NCBI GenBank assembly: GCA_963694095.1
Contig: CAVOCG010000001.1
Coordinates: 9,663 to 73,662 of the forward strand
Length of the DNA: 64,000 nucleotides
Reading direction: 5' to 3'
DNA from: Gammaproteobacteria bacterium
GTDB lineage: Bacteria > Pseudomonadota > Gammaproteobacteria > Pseudomonadales > Pseudohongiellaceae
This document shows, piece by piece, positions 30,588-40,409 of the stretch. The translations under genes were made by a program, and so were the position numbers. Numbering within the stretch: position 1 is the stretch's first letter; each line of letters opens with the position of its first letter. Below the pieces are notes generated by a model, which saw nothing but the letters and a program-made list of their open reading frames with translations, ran no database searches and was not told the origin of the DNA.

Positions 30588-31424
30588 CTACTGCGGGGGG
30601 GTACCAATCGGCGTGCCCTCTTTGCGCCACTCGCCATACAAATATTCTTCCGAAAATTCAGCACATTTAAATTCAAGCAACTGCATATTTTCTTCCAATC
30701 GCTTGTATAGGGGAAAGCTGACTTTCCATGGGCGGGTAAATGTATTAAGGTCTGTAATAGTTGCCTCATACGTGATCACATTCGCACCAGCGGGCGACCA
30801 ACGCTCTTCAATTACCATCTCATAGCTGTGAAAATTACCCGCTCGATCAAACCAGGAATCAGGTATTTGACCCGTGACTTCAACTACCAATGTATCACCT
30901 TCCCAGTGGGCATTTGAGTGCCCCATCCACGCATCTACCTGTGATTCCAGCTCTGGCTGATCCACATACATTATGCGATTAGCTTCAGCGAATTCATAAG
31001 CGACCAGAATAACATCGCGAGATTGCACAATTTGAAATGGAAATGGTAAATAATTAGCTCGGGGGACACCAGGCATAAAGCACTTTGCTAGCGGATCAGT
31101 CTCCAGTGCGGCTGCTCTGTTCGCATCTCGTTGTCTGCGGCTTTGTTCATTGTAGGGAATTTGTCCACCTTCCACGATTCCAAGCCCGGCAGGAATAGCA
31201 GACAACGCGCCAAAAAGCCCGGGGTGAGGACCCCCTTCTGCGGCATGGGGTTCAATATTGTAGTGCGCAGATGTTATAGCCTGCCAAATACCACTAAAGT
31301 CCGGTTTCCCATCCGGTGTACGGATGACCCCACCATCTTGAGCCAAACTTGTCGATATCGCAAAGATTCCAATCAGCATCGTCAAACAAATTGTTAAAGC
31401 TACATCTTTAAATTTAGTCTTCAT
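30588..31424 (-). CDS. Exported protein of unknown function (paralogue of 61877-62905)
   Basis: 278 aa with a signal peptide. Shares blocks with the 61877 ORF (DGKPDFSGIWQ / DGAPDLQGMWT, HWEGDTLVVE, C-terminal ..EF.C.E). Confidence 0.6.
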   Translation of the reverse strand: MKTKFKDVALTICLTMLIGIFAISTSLAQDGGVIRTPDGKPDFSGIWQAITSAHYNIEPHAAEGGPHPGLFGALSAIPAGLGIVEGGQIPYNEQSRRQRDANRAAALETDPLAKCFMPGVPRANYLPFPFQIVQSRDVILVAYEFAEANRIMYVDQPELESQVDAWMGHSNAHWEGDTLVVEVTGQIPDSWFDRAGNFHSYEMVIEERWSPAGANVITYEATITDLNTFTRPWKVSFPLYKRLEENMQLLEFKCAEFSEEYLYGEWRKEGTPIGTPPQ

Positions 31425-31667
31425 TAATAACCTTAGTTTTCTAATGCGATTTTGCCACGGTCGATTATTCCATTAGCATAACTTAGATGTTTAGGCGCCA
31501 GAGAGCAATACAAATACAATCAAATCCCCCTATTAACTGGCATTCAACCAGGGCAGTGAGTAATTTCATTCCATCAACATTGAGCAGACTATAAATTAGA
31601 AAAACAGTAAATTCAACGAGCTGGGAATTTACCTAGTTATACCCAGAGCAGCATCTGTAACGCCCAA

Positions 31668-32663
31668 CTACTCGGTAATTTTAGAAGCGGGCCGCATTAA
31701 ATCTGCCGCCCAATCCTGTTGTAGCTCTCGAAGAAGATGGGCCATAGAGTCAAATCGATTGTCAGGGTCTTTTTGCAAACAGCGCATTGCCACTTGCTCT
31801 AGCACAGCTGGCATATGTTGACTCGATATCTCCGTTGGAGTCAGTGGATCATCATTCAGTGTACTGCTTATCACCTGATGGACTTTCTCTCCAACAAAAG
31901 GAGTGCGCCCGGTAAGTATCTCGTAAAGAATTGCACCCAAGCTGTATACATCAGTCCGATGATTGATGCTGTGATCTCTGTTTATCTGCTCCGGAGACAT
32001 GTAGGATGCTGTGCCCTGCAGCTTTCCATGATCGGTAATGGTTAACGCTCCTTCTGATGCGTCTCCTGAAACTAGGTCTTCTTCAGTAGACCCATCCGCA
32101 TTCCATACTTTAGCCAAGCCCCAATCCAACAGTAAAACTTCACCGTAAGGACCAACCAAAATATTCTCTGGCTTGATATCGCGGTGGGCCACACCATGGG
32201 TATGTGCGTATTCCAGCGCTTGGCCTATTTGAACAATGACATCCACTAATTGAGTTAGATCATAACGCTCGCGAAAATCGAGTATCTCTCGCAGGGTATA
32301 CCCGTGTACAAGCTTCATCGTAAAATAATAGTGTCCTTTGCTGTCCCGACCCAATTCGTATGTAGGCACCGTGTTCGGATGTTGTAACATTGCCGAAACT
32401 CGCGCCTCACGCAACAGGCGTTGTTGTTCAACTTCATCATCAACAAATTCAGGGCGCAGTGTCTTGTAACAAACAAATCTACACAGATGTAAATCCTTGC
32501 AAGACTTGATCAATGATTTTCCACCAGTGGCGATTGTGCTAAACATCGCATACCGCGTATTTAGATTAATCTTCTTTGGTAGTGATTTATCAGTATCCTC
32601 GAGGTATACCGACCCATAACTTTTAGGAGGTTGAGGAAAATTTAGCATGCTTTTACCACTCAC
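31668..32663 (-). CDS. Hanks-type Ser/Thr protein kinase, kinase domain only
   Basis: HRDIKPENILV, DWGLAK and GTASYMSPEQ are present, with no TM or sensor domain. Start is GTG at 32663 or ATG at 32648. Confidence 0.85.
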   Translation of the reverse strand: MSGKSMLNFPQPPKSYGSVYLEDTDKSLPKKINLNTRYAMFSTIATGGKSLIKSCKDLHLCRFVCYKTLRPEFVDDEVEQQRLLREARVSAMLQHPNTVPTYELGRDSKGHYYFTMKLVHGYTLREILDFRERYDLTQLVDVIVQIGQALEYAHTHGVAHRDIKPENILVGPYGEVLLLDWGLAKVWNADGSTEEDLVSGDASEGALTITDHGKLQGTASYMSPEQINRDHSINHRTDVYSLGAILYEILTGRTPFVGEKVHQVISSTLNDDPLTPTEISSQHMPAVLEQVAMRCLQKDPDNRFDSMAHLLRELQQDWAADLMRPASKITE

Positions 32664-33178
32664 TGGCTGAATTAAACTGTTGGCCCAACTTGACGTTAAC
32701 GTAGCTCAATTTACCGTAAAACCAGTCCGCGAGAAATTATTTGTTTTATTTGCCTAAATTCAGAAGCGACTTAACCCTGCTTTGGGTTATATTGTACCCA
32801 GTTATATTGGGGGGGTCTTGCGCTAAGGCGCAGACAGCAATGGGATGGAGCATTTAATTAACCCCCATAACAATCCCCTTGATACGCTACTGATACCGTT
32901 GTTCTGAACTTGCGTAATTCAGATTAAGAAAATTGAAGTATAAAAATGCGCTATATGCTCCAGCATCCCCTTTATAATGGTCTATAATATGTGAGCTTGA
33001 CGTAGCTTATAGCCAGCTTTGTCCGATTCATCTATTGAAATATTACGTGGAAGCCCTAAACAAAGTTAAATTCGCAGCCACCAAGTCCCTCACTCGACTG
33101 GTTATGGAAGCACTTCAAAGTGCCGAAGCCTGAGGCGGCAAACCCGTCTAGCCTAGGAATTCAAAAACACCGGGTCTA

Positions 33179-34126
33179 TTATCGACCTTCAGCTGCCTTA
33201 CCCCTTTGCAACGCATTAGCTGTCCCTGCAGATAGCCCCCCATCTGCCCCTACTGTAACAAAGCGAAACCCTTCGTGTATCCGTTGTTCGACAGTGTCCT
33301 GCCCTGTGGTAATGGCACATGGAACTCCGCTAGCAAGACAGCTATCAAGCACAGTTTGAATTGCCGCTTCCACTTCAGGTGCAGCCGGGCTGGTATAACC
33401 CATTGCGGTACTCAAATCTGACGGACCAATAAAGATGACTCCTACCCCAGGCACAGAAATAATTTCATCAATATTTGCTACACCTTCTGGTGTTTCGATT
33501 TGAATGATAGCCAGTAGTTCACCAACTGGATCGAGGGGCCAAACATCAGCGCGTTGATGATAGTCGCCAACACCCCAATACCACGTGGCATTAGAAGGAT
33601 TTCTACCGCGCAAACCAGCCGGTTCGTAATCCGGCGCATCGTTGAGTTGAGGATAGCGTGTTGCTCTTACCACCATCTCGGCTTCTTCTCTCGTGCTGAT
33701 GGAAGGATACATCACGCCAAATACACCAACATCCAAAACCTGCTTGGCCTGCGTAAGAATATCCTGCCCACCACTTGCTGGCACACGAACAAACGGCACA
33801 ACGTTTGGCTGCAGATTGCCCTTCTCTAAAATCATCCGCTTGTCAGTCATACCGAGAAGAAATTCCCGCAACCGCTCGATATCGAAAGGACTATGCTCCA
33901 TGTCGATAATGATGAAATCCAGGCCTGATCGCGACATCGAGCGCGCATTGTTCAAAGAGTAATCAAATGACAGTACACCGAAAGCGGGTTGGTCATTCTC
34001 CAACAATTCTATAGCCCGGTTTAATCGGGCATTATCATTAACCTGGCCGGATACTGAGCTTATTTGTGCTACTGATACAACAGCCAACAAGTAAAACATC
34101 TTCTTGAGCAAAGCAGTGCTTCTCAT
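33179..34126 (-). CDS. HpcH/HpaI-family aldolase with an N-terminal signal peptide
   Basis: 315 aa. FIIIDMEHSPFD, VRVP, IQIETPEGV and IFIGPSDLS blocks are present. The N-terminus MRSTALLKKMFYLLAVVSVAQISSVSGQ follows a strong SD (GGGAGAG). Confidence 0.75.
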   Translation of the reverse strand: MRSTALLKKMFYLLAVVSVAQISSVSGQVNDNARLNRAIELLENDQPAFGVLSFDYSLNNARSMSRSGLDFIIIDMEHSPFDIERLREFLLGMTDKRMILEKGNLQPNVVPFVRVPASGGQDILTQAKQVLDVGVFGVMYPSISTREEAEMVVRATRYPQLNDAPDYEPAGLRGRNPSNATWYWGVGDYHQRADVWPLDPVGELLAIIQIETPEGVANIDEIISVPGVGVIFIGPSDLSTAMGYTSPAAPEVEAAIQTVLDSCLASGVPCAITTGQDTVEQRIHEGFRFVTVGADGGLSAGTANALQRGKAAEGR

Positions 34127-34189
34127 TATTTCTCTCCCGACTTCATAAAGTACTTGATAAGGCTTAGGTTAAGTTAGAGCGGGTGGACA

Positions 34190-35683
34190 CTAAGCAGATC
34201 TAAGTGCCCCCAAAATCCTCGCCACTACCTCTGATGTGTTTACTTCTCTATATTTACTAAGTGTGTCAACGAAAACTAATTCATTCAAATTTGACCCGCA
34301 AGCGCGCCAACGTCGAATAAACCTTACATTATTGCTGCCTGCAAAAACAGTACAGGTTCTCACACCCTGTGCTGCAGCAATATGCTGGCAAGCTGAATCG
34401 TAACCGATAAACTCGTCACTCTGGCTTATCAGAGCAGCGATTTGTCCGATACTGCATTCGATACCAACAAGACTAGCTTTAACATCTGCAGCATCGAGGT
34501 CTGCGAAAGTACTACTTGCAACATGAATTCCTGAGGCGGCAACCTCCTCAATAATCGCACTCATCTGCTGCCTTTCTTCTACACCAAAGCCCAAATCCAG
34601 CAGCACCTTAACTTGAGTCTGCTCTAGTAGTTTTAATACCAGACTTATCTCAAAATCTCCACTAAGCCGTTTTCTTGAGTTACCTCCCACCCCCAGATTG
34701 ATGCAAACAATTTTATGACCTCCTGATGCCCGAAGCTTATTAATAAATGACTTCGCACACTCAATATTAAGGTTTGAGGGCCAAATTTTGGGATAGAAAA
34801 ATGCTTCTTCTCCAAAAATTGCATTAAGCCAGACATTAGTCAACTCAGAAATGGATGCCCTAGCGGGATAACTGGGCTTCCCACGGCTGTTAAAAAACCG
34901 ATAGCTAGCAGCGCCCGCCACTGGAAGTACGCCTAGTTGGCTAAGTCTGGAATCAGGGTCCAGCACCAGGTATTGCTCTTCATTCCAATCGGAAACCTCT
35001 TTATGAATAACATCGAGCAGGTTCAACCAGGCATTAAATTTTTCTATAAGGCCCCCACGACGAGAATACTGTAGCTCCCGAACCTCAGTATTAGGGATAT
35101 CGGACATAACTTCACCCAACTTACCATTACCAATAATGATGAGTCTAGCCTCCGGAAAAAGCCTGGTAGCTCGTTGGCAAATCACGCTGGTAACCGCTAT
35201 ATCAGCTCCTATAGTTACTCGAGACAAAACGATTATTTTTTGAGGTTTAAAACTATCGGGTAATTTTTCATCCAGCTTTACACGATTGTTTTCTACTCGC
35301 TGGTAGATTTCCTCTTCGGTGTGCAGGCCCATCTTACTAAGCTGCTTATGCAGTTTATTGCCTTTCCGATTGCAGCGAATATTAGCTATTACCTGTGAAA
35401 TCAAGCGATTATATGTTTCGGTCTGCAATTCCTCAAAATCGTCACAAAGGCGCTCAACAACGGTACCAAAAATTGCGTTGGCTGCGAGTTGATTTAATTT
35501 CGGATCATCAAAAAAAGTTGCCATCTCGCAAAGTAAATCAATGTATTGCCTTTCATATTCGTCATTGTAAAAATAACGATCTATAAAATTTGCAGCAATT
35601 CGCTCAGCAAGGAAGCCTAAAGATTCTGCGTTGGGTGTCTTTTTTTGTTGCCCCCACTGCTCGATATAAAATTCAGGTTTCAA
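34190..35683 (-). CDS. Glycosyltransferase family 9-like protein with a ~150-aa N-terminal extension
   Basis: 497 aa. GT9-like blocks present (IIVLSRVTIGADIAVTSV, INLGVGGNSRKR, IGYDSACQHIAAA). The TTG start overlaps the upstream stop (TTGA). Confidence 0.55.
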   Translation of the reverse strand: MKPEFYIEQWGQQKKTPNAESLGFLAERIAANFIDRYFYNDEYERQYIDLLCEMATFFDDPKLNQLAANAIFGTVVERLCDDFEELQTETYNRLISQVIANIRCNRKGNKLHKQLSKMGLHTEEEIYQRVENNRVKLDEKLPDSFKPQKIIVLSRVTIGADIAVTSVICQRATRLFPEARLIIIGNGKLGEVMSDIPNTEVRELQYSRRGGLIEKFNAWLNLLDVIHKEVSDWNEEQYLVLDPDSRLSQLGVLPVAGAASYRFFNSRGKPSYPARASISELTNVWLNAIFGEEAFFYPKIWPSNLNIECAKSFINKLRASGGHKIVCINLGVGGNSRKRLSGDFEISLVLKLLEQTQVKVLLDLGFGVEERQQMSAIIEEVAASGIHVASSTFADLDAADVKASLVGIECSIGQIAALISQSDEFIGYDSACQHIAAAQGVRTCTVFAGSNNVRFIRRWRACGSNLNELVFVDTLSKYREVNTSEVVARILGALRSA

Positions 35684-36726
35684 CTTTTATTCCTAGCTAT
35701 TATCTTTGCAACTTCTGCAGCCACCAAATCAGGCACTATTTCCTGCATACACGCATGATGACCAAGTGGGCAAGTCTTTTTATGACAGGGGGAACAAGAC
35801 ATCTCTTTCCGTAGCACTACAGCATTCTCGGTGTTCCGGGAAGTATAAACAGGATTGGTGGGGCCCATGAGCACGATGCTCGGTATATCGAATGCTGCTG
35901 CATAGTGGCGAGGCCCGATGTCATTCGTAATTAAAATGTCGCAGCGTTTGATGGTAGGTTTTAGCTCTTCTAAATTTAATGTTTTCTCCGCTGTGCTAAT
36001 TATACTTGCCGAGCTTTCACTTACTATATTGTGCGCAATAGATTCCTCTCCCGGCCCTACCAGCAATAAAATTTTACACGCATACTTTTTCTGCAACAAA
36101 TCGCAAAGTCTGGCAAAATATTTTGAAGGCCAACACTTTGAAGATCCGAAGCTCCCCCCTGGACTTATGCCGATGAGAAAATCAGTACTTTTAATACCAA
36201 AGTTTTTTAGCAAATCATCGCCATGCTGCTGCAATTCATTGGACACAAACAATCTGGGACGTGGATTATTTGGCAACACAAGCCCCAGGAATTCACAAAG
36301 CTTCAGGTAATAGTCCTGCATTGGTTCGGGAACAACCTTCCCGCCAAGTATTTGCGGGATAGGACCACCGGATAGGAAATGTTTCCGCAAATTTCTCTTA
36401 TAACCATATATTTGAGAAATTCCTGCCATTTTAAAAGCAAGAAAAGAGCTTGTTGTATTGGTCAATAGCAAGCCAGCATCTGGCCTGTAATGCTCCATTG
36501 CACGACGTAACTTCCTGAGCCCAGAAAAGCTCTTGTCGTCACAGTCAACGATTGCATCCACATTGGGATTGTCTGCCAGGATTCCCCTTGCGTAGGGGCG
36601 CACGCAGAGAATTAGCCTGGTTTCAGGGAGGTTTTCCTTTAAACATTGAATAACGGGAGTTGCCATGACGATATCGCCAACCCAGTTGGGACACCGAATA
36701 GCCAGGGTATTAACTGATTTGGGCAT
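35680..36726 (-). CDS. Glycosyltransferase family 9 (heptosyltransferase-like)
   Basis: 348 aa with NWVGDIVMATP, ISPGGSFGSSKCWP and ITNDIGPRHYAAAF. Confidence 0.8.
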   Translation of the reverse strand: MPKSVNTLAIRCPNWVGDIVMATPVIQCLKENLPETRLILCVRPYARGILADNPNVDAIVDCDDKSFSGLRKLRRAMEHYRPDAGLLLTNTTSSFLAFKMAGISQIYGYKRNLRKHFLSGGPIPQILGGKVVPEPMQDYYLKLCEFLGLVLPNNPRPRLFVSNELQQHGDDLLKNFGIKSTDFLIGISPGGSFGSSKCWPSKYFARLCDLLQKKYACKILLLVGPGEESIAHNIVSESSASIISTAEKTLNLEELKPTIKRCDILITNDIGPRHYAAAFDIPSIVLMGPTNPVYTSRNTENAVVLRKEMSCSPCHKKTCPLGHHACMQEIVPDLVAAEVAKIIARNKS

Positions 36727-36735
36727 GGGTAGCGT

Positions 36736-38307
36736 TTAGCTCTGATCAAGTGTGTATGCCACAGCCTGGTCCAACTTACCCGCTGCCATTTGTTCTCTTT
36801 CTTGTTGAATGTAGTCTGACCTTACGCCCATTACGTTTGAATAACGGATGGTGTAATGAATTTTATTTTGAGCTATTAATTCCTCTGACAAATCTCTGTC
36901 ATAGGCAACCAGGTCATCCCGTTCTGCCAGCCACGTGCTTCGATCCATTGCTTCTACTTTGTCTACCAATTTTCTGTAAATCGGCGCACAGTCCCATTTA
37001 GTTTCAGCATTTACGTACCAGTTACACAAGCTGCTTAGCTTATCCAGAAAAAGATCATGTTCAGGTCCAAAGTTTAGACAGGAACCATCGAAGTAATTCC
37101 CTTTTCCTGACATCTTCGATTCATCTATTAGTGGCTTGGCTATTTCATAGCCGGCCGTGCCCTTAAAGGGGAAAAATAATGCCCACCTAAATCTGCCCAT
37201 TTCCACTTCTGCACAGAGCCTTATGGTTTCCATAATTTCATCGCGAGATTCATAGGGCAAGCCAAACATGACGAAAGCAGAACTGTGTAATTCAAAGGCA
37301 TGGGCGGCATGAAAAGACCGCACAATTTGTTCGTTTTTCATGTAGCGCTTTAACACTTCCCTGCGAACTCTAGCAGAGCCTGATTCGAGTCCAAACTTGA
37401 CAATAATACAGCCGGCCGCCTTAAGTGCACTGGCCGCGGTTTCTTCGAAACAGTTTACATGTCCGTTTACTACAAAAGGGATATTAACTTTATGTTCAAT
37501 ATACGCATCACAAAATTTAATAACGTAATCAGTATTCAGCGTAAATAAATCATCATCAAAAATAAATGTGTTTATTTGCGGATTTTCATTTTTAAGTTTT
37601 TTCAAATCATTCATCATTACATCGATAGGAAAATGCCGAAGAAAGTCTTTAACATTTTTTGCCGCGCCGTCTTTAATATATTGATCAACAATTTCAATAT
37701 TAAAGCAATAGGTACATTTGTAAGGACAACCTCTCGAAGTCAATATCCCCATCCAACCTCGGGTTTCTTCCATAACTGCTTCCATATCAAAAACGTTATA
37801 GTCCAGAGGCGGCAGTTTATCTAAATCCGGAAAGGGCGCGACCGGATTAACTACAGGGACATCTCCTATCCAAGATCGGAAATTAGCCAGCATTTGCGTT
37901 GGTTTTCCATTTTCTAACGCATCCATTAATTCAAGTAAGGCGTAGTCGCCTTCTCCCACACAAACATAATCAAATAATTTGGATTTATGTACTTCATCAG
38001 GAACCATGGTGCAGTGAACGCCACCGATTACCTGAACAAATTCAGGCATTTCAAGCCGAATTGCCTTGCTCATGCCCACAATCCAGTCATATTGCTGCGA
38101 CATGGCGGAGAAGCCAATTAGCCCCGGATTTGTACGTTTTATGTAAGCAATAAGCTCTTCACTGCTTGGCACAGGCTCATATTTCTCAGATACATGCATA
38201 AGGTCCAGTTCGTGGCCATTGGCGTGGAGTACACCCGCCAGAGAGGCAATGCCATGATTGGTTCCCAAGGGAGCATCTATTTGTGGGTAAACCATTAAAA
38301 TCTTCAC
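36736..38307 (-). CDS. B12-binding-domain radical SAM enzyme
   Basis: 523 aa. An N-terminal cobalamin-binding-type Rossmann domain is followed by a CPYKCTYC (CxxxCxxC) cluster motif. Confidence 0.8.
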   Translation of the reverse strand: MKILMVYPQIDAPLGTNHGIASLAGVLHANGHELDLMHVSEKYEPVPSSEELIAYIKRTNPGLIGFSAMSQQYDWIVGMSKAIRLEMPEFVQVIGGVHCTMVPDEVHKSKLFDYVCVGEGDYALLELMDALENGKPTQMLANFRSWIGDVPVVNPVAPFPDLDKLPPLDYNVFDMEAVMEETRGWMGILTSRGCPYKCTYCFNIEIVDQYIKDGAAKNVKDFLRHFPIDVMMNDLKKLKNENPQINTFIFDDDLFTLNTDYVIKFCDAYIEHKVNIPFVVNGHVNCFEETAASALKAAGCIIVKFGLESGSARVRREVLKRYMKNEQIVRSFHAAHAFELHSSAFVMFGLPYESRDEIMETIRLCAEVEMGRFRWALFFPFKGTAGYEIAKPLIDESKMSGKGNYFDGSCLNFGPEHDLFLDKLSSLCNWYVNAETKWDCAPIYRKLVDKVEAMDRSTWLAERDDLVAYDRDLSEELIAQNKIHYTIRYSNVMGVRSDYIQQEREQMAAGKLDQAVAYTLDQS

Positions 38308-38482
38308 AATAATTTCTATCCAGCTTCAGTATCAATCCAAGTATCAATTTATGATGGCGAACCCAATTCTAGCATCATAATCGGAACCAGTTGTAACCAA
38401 TTCCGCTGCAGCAGCTGTCAAGGCTGTTGCTCAACACCACACAGTTTGCACACCATTATAAATCGGCCTCTGAAGTCGCAAA

Positions 38483-39769
38483 CTACCGCTGTTCAATCGC
38501 TCCACCACTAACGAATGAAAACAACCCGATTAGCCCTGCCAGGGCCGCAACAGCATAGGGCATGCTATATTGATTTTGACTCGCCGTGAAAATGAGTCCA
38601 AGCAGCGCGGGTCCAGAAGCTGTCCCCAATGACGACATCAGGTTACATATGGAAAAAATTCGAGCATAGTCTTTGGCGCCAAATGCTTCGGCAATTAACA
38701 GCGGTTGCAACATCAATAAATTTCCAACCGTCAAACCGAATAGTGCCAGGCCAATGCCCAAGCTAATAGCACTGAAACCTCCGGCTAACAGACTCAACGC
38801 AATCACCTGCAATACCATCACCACAATCGAAAAAACCCGGATAGAAATTTGTTCTACTAACCAACCGCCAATCAGGCGACCGATAATGCTGGCAATTGGC
38901 AAAATTGCCACCGTAGCCGCTGTTTGCACGTCAGTCAAAATTTCTCTGGCTAAACCGTATTGGTGGGCAATTCCTCCTACTTGCGCCAGCATCAGAAAAA
39001 CATAAGCGATACTGACTCCCCAGAAAAAGCGATTCCGGCTAGCATTTCCCAAAGAGGTTCCATCAGTGTACATAGTATCACCGACCGCCGCTGGAATCGG
39101 TGTATTCTTTTTCGATTGATTAATCAGACTAGTATCGAGCCGCGTGGCATCATAAGAACCATAAATTCTTAATCCCATCGATTCCGGGCTAGGTCGAAGC
39201 CATATCCAGGCTACCGGTATTACTCCAATTAAATAAAGTATTCCAAAAATCGGAGCCGCCCGGGATAAACCCTGTGTCTCAACAACAACCACGCTAATCG
39301 GGGTAATAACCACCCCACCCAGGGACAAACCGGTTGATGCAATTGATAATGCGATAGCTCTATTTTTCTGAAACCAACGCGTTACTAACGTAGTAGCAGG
39401 TATTAGGGACGAGGCGGAGAAACCAACTCCAAAAACGGCATAGACCAGATAAAGATGCCAGACTTCCTTCACCAAAGCGAGTGAAGACAAGGCGCCCCCG
39501 GAGATCACTGCCCCGACAATAATACTGAGACGAGGGTCAAAATCCTGCACCCATTTCGCTACCCACAATCCGGCAATACCACTGCTGAGAAAAAAAATGG
39601 AAACCGCGAAAGAAACAGACCGTACCGTGAATGCCGGATTCGTAGCAAGCGCATTAAGGTACACCGCTTGATTGTAAAAACTCAGCCCGCTGGCAAAGGT
39701 TAGTAAAACCAAAATTGCCGCAATTATTTTCCACCCGTAGTAGATTTCTGCGGTTTTGACTTTAGACAT
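38483..39769 (-). CDS. MFS transporter
   Basis: 428 aa, about 12 hydrophobic helices split by a central loop. Confidence 0.7.
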   Translation of the reverse strand: MSKVKTAEIYYGWKIIAAILVLLTFASGLSFYNQAVYLNALATNPAFTVRSVSFAVSIFFLSSGIAGLWVAKWVQDFDPRLSIIVGAVISGGALSSLALVKEVWHLYLVYAVFGVGFSASSLIPATTLVTRWFQKNRAIALSIASTGLSLGGVVITPISVVVVETQGLSRAAPIFGILYLIGVIPVAWIWLRPSPESMGLRIYGSYDATRLDTSLINQSKKNTPIPAAVGDTMYTDGTSLGNASRNRFFWGVSIAYVFLMLAQVGGIAHQYGLAREILTDVQTAATVAILPIASIIGRLIGGWLVEQISIRVFSIVVMVLQVIALSLLAGGFSAISLGIGLALFGLTVGNLLMLQPLLIAEAFGAKDYARIFSICNLMSSLGTASGPALLGLIFTASQNQYSMPYAVAALAGLIGLFSFVSGGAIEQR

Positions 39770-39833
39770 GTAGCATTGGCTTAACCATGAGCCCCATAGA
39801 TTTTCCCCACCCTGATTAACCCCTTGGGGTTTG

Positions 39834-40370
39834 TCAGTGTTTAACTCTCAGTGGTGCTATACCCCTGTCTATGATCGAGGCTACAGTAGACAGTAACAAC
39901 AGATAACCCAATAGGGCTATCAAACCTAGAAAAAGATCATTGACTACCACATTCATATCAATCCTGGACAACGCAATTAACAACAACGGCACAAAATAGA
40001 AAACACCATTCCAGCGACCAAGATAACTCATGTGTAGTTGTTTTTCTCGATAGTAAAAATGAGAATCCAGCACATATTGCGAGAATGCCACTACGATAAA
40101 AACAGGTAAAAATGGATTTAAAATGCCGGCATAAGCAGCACCGGCAAGACTGCAGGTGACAAACAAAAAATCCGTGGAATGGTCAAAAATCTGCCCTCTG
40201 GCGGATGCCGTGTTAGCTCTGCGTGCCACAATGCCATCAAAATAGTCAGTTGCAATAGCAACAATCAACAGCGCTAACAATAAAAACGCTGACATGTATT
40301 CGGGCCGTGCGAAAGCCATTGCGCTCGGAATAGTCAGCAATAATCGAATGCCAGTTAGAAAATTAGCCAC
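39834..40370 (-). CDS. CDP-alcohol phosphatidyltransferase family protein
   Basis: 178 aa. DYFDGIVARRANTASARGQIFDHSTD matches D-x2-DG-x2-AR-x8-G-x3-D-x3-D. Confidence 0.85.
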   Translation of the reverse strand: MANFLTGIRLLLTIPSAMAFARPEYMSAFLLLALLIVAIATDYFDGIVARRANTASARGQIFDHSTDFLFVTCSLAGAAYAGILNPFLPVFIVVAFSQYVLDSHFYYREKQLHMSYLGRWNGVFYFVPLLLIALSRIDMNVVVNDLFLGLIALLGYLLLLSTVASIIDRGIAPLRVKH

Positions 40371-40409
40371 CCTTGATTAGACAACCGAGCGTATGTTCAG
40401 CAAAGCACT

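Noticed and set aside
30465-30769. 81-aa and 61-aa ORFs at the cupin / 30588-31424 junction.
   Set aside because: They overlap the 3' end of the well-supported 278-aa exported protein gene or lie in the spacer. They have no start context and no recognisable sequence features.
25034-32663. The nuclease-like protein plus the Ser/Thr kinase as parts of an anti-phage defence or toxin module.
   Set aside because: The genes are ~6 kb apart, on separate transcription units, with ordinary metabolic genes between them. The nuclease fold lacks its catalytic His and is secreted. No ATPase, helicase, methylase or other defence hallmarks are present.
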